DNA of 64,000 bases, taken from Macrostomum lignano (lineage: Eukaryota). Below, piece by piece: positions 59,601-64,000 of this stretch (position 1 is its first letter; each line of letters begins with the position of its first letter). The notes beneath the pieces were generated by a model. It ran no database searches and was not told the DNA's origin. It saw nothing but the letters and a program-made list of their open reading frames with translations. The stretch lies in the NCBI GenBank assembly GCA_002269645.1, contig NIVC01001246.1, positions 100,197 through 164,196 of the forward strand, in the 5' to 3' direction. The position numbers and the translations under genes are program-made.

Positions 59601-62002
59601 TCCGTTCGTTTTATTTTCTTTTAAAGTTATACTTTGCTATTGATAGGCAATAACAAATTGTTTTTAACGGCACGTAACAACACAAATAATAATAGTTTTA
59701 AATAAAGCTTGTTTAACAATGAATTAAAAACAGAGCTACCTTATTTTATTGAAACAAAAACGAAAACGTACTTTAATACTATTATTATATTACAAATAAA
59801 TAATGTAACTTTTCGAAACTTTTAAGGTTAAAAACTAGTTCTCGGACCTAAAATGGTATTTTTAGATATAGAATGACATTCCCTGATATCCAAAATGACA
59901 ATCCCTGCTATACAAAATGACATTACATTGTATCCAAAATGACATTCCCTGATATCCAAAATGAAATTCCCTGATATCTAAAATGACATTCCCTTATACC
60001 AAAATGACATTCCCTGATATCCAAATTGACATTCCCTGATATCCAAAATGACATTTCCTTGTACCCAAAATGACATTCCGTGATATCCAAAATGACATTC
60101 CCTGATATCCAAAATGACATTCCCTGATATATAAAATGACATTCCTTGTACCCAAAATGACATTCCGTGATATTCAAAATGACATTCCCTGATATATAAA
60201 ATGACATTCCCTTGTACCCAAAATGACATTCCCTGATATATAAAATGACATTTCCTGATATCCAAAATGACAATCCCTGCTATACAAAATGACATTACCT
60301 TGTATCCAAAATGACATTCCCTGATATCCAAAATGAAATTCCCTGATATCCAAAATGACAATCCCTGCTATACAAAATGACATTACCTTGTATCCAAAAT
60401 GACATTCCCTGATATCCAAAATGAAATTCCCTGATATCTAAAATGACATTCCCTTATACCAAAATGACATTCACTGATATCCAAAATGACATTCCCTGAT
60501 ATCCAAAATGACATTCCCTTGTACCCAAAATGACATTCCGTGATATCCAAAATGACATTCCCTGATATATAAAATGACATTTCCTGATATCCAAAATGAC
60601 AATCCCTGCTATACAAAATGACATTACCTTGTATCCAAAATGACATTCCCTGATATCCAAAATGAAATTCCCTGATATCCAAAATGACAATCCCTGCTAT
60701 ACAAAATGACATTACCTTGTATCCAAAATGACATTCCCTGATATCCAAAATGAAATTCCCTGATATCTAAAATGACATTCCCTTATACCAAAATGACATT
60801 CACTGATATCCAAAATGACATTCCCTGATATCCAAAATGACATTCCCTTGTACCCAAAATGACATTCCGTGATATCCAAAATGACATTCCCTGATATCCA
60901 AATGACATTCCCTGATATATAAAATGACATTCCCTTGTACCAAAATGACATTCCGTGATATCCAAAATGACATTCCCTGATATCCAAAATGACATTCCTG
61001 ATATATAAAATGACATTTCCTGATATCCAAAATGACATTCCCTGATATATAAAATAACATTCCCCGGTATCTAAAATGACATTCCCTGATATCCAAAATG
61101 ACATTCCCTGATATCCAAAATGACATTCCCTGATATATAAAATGACATTTCCTGATATCCAAAATGACATTCTGATATATAAAATGAAATTCCCGGTATC
61201 TAAAATGACATTCCCTGATATCCAAAATGACATTCCTTGTACCCAAAATGACATTCCGTGATATCCAAAATGACATTCCCTGATATCCAAAATGACATTC
61301 CCTGATATCCAAAATGACATTCCCTGATATATAAAATGACATTCCCTTGTACCCAAAATGACATTCCGTGATATCAAAATGACATTCCCTGATATATAAA
61401 ATGACATTCCCTGATATCTAAAATGACATTCCCTGATATCTAAAATGACATTCCCTGATATCTAAAATGACATTCCGTGATATATAAAATGACATTCCCT
61501 GATATCCAAAATGGCATTCCGTGATATCCAAAATGACATTCCCTGATATCTAAAATGACAATTCAAGATTCACAATGATATTTCTGATGCCTAAATTCAA
61601 CTTCAAGAATTCGAAAGAAAACATTTAGATTATGCATAAATCGAATTAAACTGAAATACATAAAGTTTAACATAAAAATGCAGCACCAACTACATTCGTT
61701 TTAGTTTTTACCTGGCGAAGCGGTGTCGCCCCCCTGCTGCAGCTCCGGCTTCTCTGACTGATCGAGAAATCTTTTCACCTTTCTCGGCTGCTGATCTGTT
61801 GGGATTTCTGAGAATTTTTTCACCGCCCGTTGGTCACGTAGGCGCTGGGGCCTCCTGATGGCCTGCGGGGACTCCGCCTGCGGCGGTTGCGCCTTCGGCG
61901 GTTGCGCCTGCGGCTGTTGGCGCGAGTTCAGCACAGACGTTGAAGAGGCCGGGTCGTTAGAACGAGTTGCTTGTTGTTGTGCTGCGGTGGCTTTTGCTTT
62001 GC
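41633..62002 (-). CDS. TOGARAM1: TOG array regulator of axonemal microtubules (crescerin/FAM179)-like; exons (descending) 61712-62002, 59321-~59500, 58029-58160, 57028-57099, 54836-55050, 53116-53219, 52469-52740, 51038-51142, 50240-50622, 48304-48402, 47308-47379, 46787-46907, 45504-45981, 45198-45282, 43608-44222, 42635-42883, 41633-41944
   Basis: Two C-terminal TOG domains (DWQAKCEGLQLVQRLA...VKNLRSQVSRLA...FIQEDAESAL...HKSSQVR...SQETRYWGR; DWKERLSGI...RLGDSNSKV) preceded by a long low-complexity linker. Junctions are phase-consistent from 59321 downward. The 5' part probably continues beyond 62002. Confidence 0.85.
42110..42558. repeat. 24-bp minisatellite
   Basis: CCGAATTGGGAAGTGTCTGAATT(A/G) units. 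Confidence 0.95.
43190..43540. repeat. 26-bp minisatellite
   Basis: GACACCAAGACATGAAGACACAATAG units. Confidence 0.95.
43608..45981 (-). CDS. TOGARAM1: TOG domain (TOG3-like) exons of the crescerin-like gene
   Basis: HEAT repeats with W, NLRSQVSR and ETRYWGR motifs across three exons. Confidence 0.85.
44440..45115. repeat. 20-bp minisatellite
   Basis: CCAGTCTCACCAAATCTCAT units. Confidence 0.95.
46010..46700. repeat. ~21-bp G-rich minisatellite
   Basis: GAGAGGGTGAGATTTGGG(G)n units. Confidence 0.95.
47630..48135. repeat. 30-bp minisatellite
   Basis: GTCAGCTA(T/C)GACTCATGTGTCAGGCATG(A/G)T units. Confidence 0.95.
48520..50200. repeat. 24-bp minisatellite (1.7 kb)
   Basis: TTAGAGGCCGATTCCTGAA(G/C)GAGA units. 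Confidence 0.97.
51152..52458. repeat. 23-bp minisatellite filling an intron almost edge to edge
   Basis: GTTAGATAGGGAAATCCCAGTGT units. Confidence 0.97.
52768..53100. repeat. 19-bp minisatellite
   Basis: GTTGCTAGGGATAACAATC units. Confidence 0.95.
53665..54215. repeat. 14-bp minisatellite
   Basis: GGAGTGTGGTAACT units. Confidence 0.95.
54650..54795. repeat. ~43-bp short tandem repeat
   Basis: AGAATAGATTAGCAATCCATTCTATTCCCAATA repeated three to four times. Confidence 0.8.
55140..55690. repeat. 21-bp minisatellite
   Basis: GGGATTTAGTTCCATCTGAAT units. Confidence 0.95.
56150..56945 (+). repeat. Polypyrimidine (CT-rich) array
   Basis: CACTCTCCCTCTCTCCCT... units. Confidence 0.95.
57425..57975 (+). 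repeat. Polypurine (GA-rich) array
   Basis: GAGAGAGGGAGAGAGGGAGG units. Confidence 0.95.
58518..59036. repeat. 22-bp minisatellite
   Basis: GATCCTGAGCTGACGCCTCTAT units. Confidence 0.95.
59865..61562. repeat. 22-bp minisatellite with higher-order duplications (1.7 kb)
   Basis: AAAATGACATTCCCTGATATCC units. Confidence 0.97.
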
Positions 62003-62191
62003 CTGTTGCATGAAAAAAAACTATTTTATTGAGATTGTCAACAATTCTCTTTTTATTGTAGATAGAAAAGGCAAGGAATTTTTCACTTTTCGCTTTGGAC
62101 TACATCAGAATTAAAAGATCAACCATCTCAAGCATCGAGAGAGAGAGAGAGAGTGCTGAAAGTACTTTAATAAGGCTCCACACGCTAAAGG

Positions 62192-62402
62192 AGGTTGTAG
62201 CCTATAGTGGCTAGAGCGTCAGACTCATGATGACTTGAAGGTCGGGGGTTCGATTCCCGATTCCACAGGAACAATTTGTGTCCTTGAGCAAGACACTTAA
62301 CTCTGCATTGCTTCAGTTCACCCAGCTGTAAAATCCGCGCAATAGCTCGGCTGAGCTGTCGGTTGCACATCTGCCCATTAGGGTAGGTGAAATCAATTAT
62401 TA
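62192..62402 (+). mobile_element. tRNA(Met-like)-derived CORE-type SINE (copy 2, shorter internally)
   Basis: Aligns with 9911-10180. Head GCGTCAGACTCATGA...GAAGGTCGGGGGTTCGATTCCC. Lacks the segment containing the poly-C of copy 1. Confidence 0.8.
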
Positions 62403-62734
62403 CAGCATTATTTACACACGAAAGCAATTGCTATTAGGTCAACTACAGAAAATGCATATCATTTAAAAAATGTTTTGCATTTATTCTAAAAGGTTAGAAG
62501 TTTTTAATTTGCAAACAGACGAACTAGCACTACACTATAGTAGTTAAAATTTGTTGTTGATCATTTTTGGGGCTCCAAACAGAACTGCATCAAATGAGAG
62601 AAAAAACACAGACGGCTGCGGCGGCGATAAAACAGCTATCGAGGTAGCCCTACCCTGGCAACCACCCACCCAGCAGCAGCCCGTAAGACGCTTCTCACAG
62701 ACAATCTAAAAGTGTGCATACAGAGTCTGTCGAT

Positions 62735-62736
<2 letters not shown>

Positions 62737-62820
<84 letters not shown>
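62737..62820. repeat. (GA)n microsatellite
   Basis: ~80-bp AG run. Confidence 0.95.
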
Positions 62821-62821
<1 letters not shown>

Positions 62822-63309
62822 GCTGAGAGGAACAGGAAAATAGCAATAGAATGAAGCCATCTCTTCTCGCAGCATATTGTACAGCTGCATCTATTTAGTG
62901 CGCCATCATAGTGTGTATACGAGTAGACTTCTAAGTTTGATTCCAGCAGGGTCTCAGCTCTTCTGCGTTATCTGCGTTTCTAGCCTAACTTAAAAACCCC
63001 CTACTGCACGCGTGCAAGCATTATAGAGTGCGCCAGTTCTAATTTGCCAAAACAGTTTTTTTAACCAAATAGCTTGCGCTAGCCCGAGAGAGTGTGGACC
63101 GGGGGGGGGGGGGGCGGTTGCACTGCTCTGCTGCAATCTATGCTTTGCACAATACACACTGCCCACTGTGGCTTAGCTGTTCCCGACTCAAGCCGACCTT
63201 AGCAGTTCAGATTTTAAATGCAATTAAAAGACAAAAAATATCATAAATATATAAGATGACAGGCCTAAATTTATAATAAATTAGGATTTTTTCATGACTG
63301 AAAATCAAG

Positions 63310-63800
63310 ATTTTGTGGATTTTGAATTGGCGCCTAGTTTTTGTGGATTTTTGAATTGGCGCCTCATGAGAACTAGATTTTGTGAATTTTGAAGTGGCGC
63401 CTATATTTTGTGGGATTTTTAAGTGGCGTGTTTATTTTTGTGAATTTTGAATTGGCGCCTAGATTTTGTAAACTTTGAAGTGGCGCCTAGATTTTGTAAA
63501 CTTTGAAGTGGCGCCTAGATTTTGTAAACTTTGAATTGGCGCCTAGATTTTGTAAACTTTGAATTGGCGCCTAGATTTTTGTAAACTTTGAAGTGGCGCC
63601 TAGATTTTGTAAACTTTGAATTGGCGCCTAGATTTTGTAAACTTTGAAGTGGCGCCTAGATTTTGTAAACTTTGAATTGGCGCCTAGATTTTGTAAACTT
63701 TGAAGTGGCGCCTAGATTTTGTAAACTTTGAATTGGCGCCTAGATTGTTGTAAACTTTGAAGTGGCGCCTAGATTTTGTGGATTTTGAATTGGCGCCAAG
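63310..63800. repeat. 28-bp minisatellite with alternating variants
   Basis: TTTTGTAAACTTTGAA(G/T)TGGCGCCTAGA units. Confidence 0.95.
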
Positions 63801-64000
63801 AACTTCTGTGCATTTTAAATATGCAACAGATGCCAAAATGGAGTTAACACGAATTACGCAAAATTCTAGTCAATAAGCCCATCTGCATGCATGTTATTGA
63901 CGAGCTGAAAGCACTTCGCTACCATCCGATATGCTAAAACTGAGCATAATACTGGAGACGGGGGGTATTCAATAGCTATCGCACTCCCAGTGCTGACGCA

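Noticed and set aside
62636-62890. Upstream TOGARAM1 exon near 62660-62710
   Set aside because: A phase-compatible reading exists, but the peptide is unrecognisable and the splice sites are weak, so it is left unannotated.
5780-63800. CRISPR-like appearance of 20-43-bp repeat arrays
   Set aside because: Units are head-to-tail with no unique spacers, there are no cas genes, and the context is eukaryotic introns.

Overview
Eukaryotic (animal) genomic DNA read in the standard code, with GT-AG introns. It is not prokaryotic: there are no CRISPR, rRNA or true tRNA genes. GC-rich exons set among introns full of minisatellites suggest a free-living flatworm of the Macrostomum type (inference only). 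Hand-spliced genes on the + strand: FBXL15 (3040-4867), SAP18 with RS/RD extensions (6854-8283), RNA polymerase I largest subunit POLR1A (13 exons, 10242-25319), a ~1234-aa coiled-coil protein with an N-terminal LIR-like motif and a five-fold repeated module (26629-31704), and a small orphan (39220-39879). On the - strand: a poorly resolved small gene (~34181-36200) and a TOGARAM1/crescerin-like TOG-domain gene (41633 to at least 62002). About 35 tandem arrays, two tRNA-derived CORE-type SINEs and several MITE-like elements fill the rest. Most notable: (1) a 3.68-kb block with no CpG at all; (2) five cases where related arrays sit in inverted orientation on either side of exons, one pair nested inside another; (3) POLR1A has no in-frame ATG, which would fit a start codon supplied by a spliced leader; (4) the coiled-coil protein is built from symmetric phase-2 exons. 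All coordinates and counts were made by eye.
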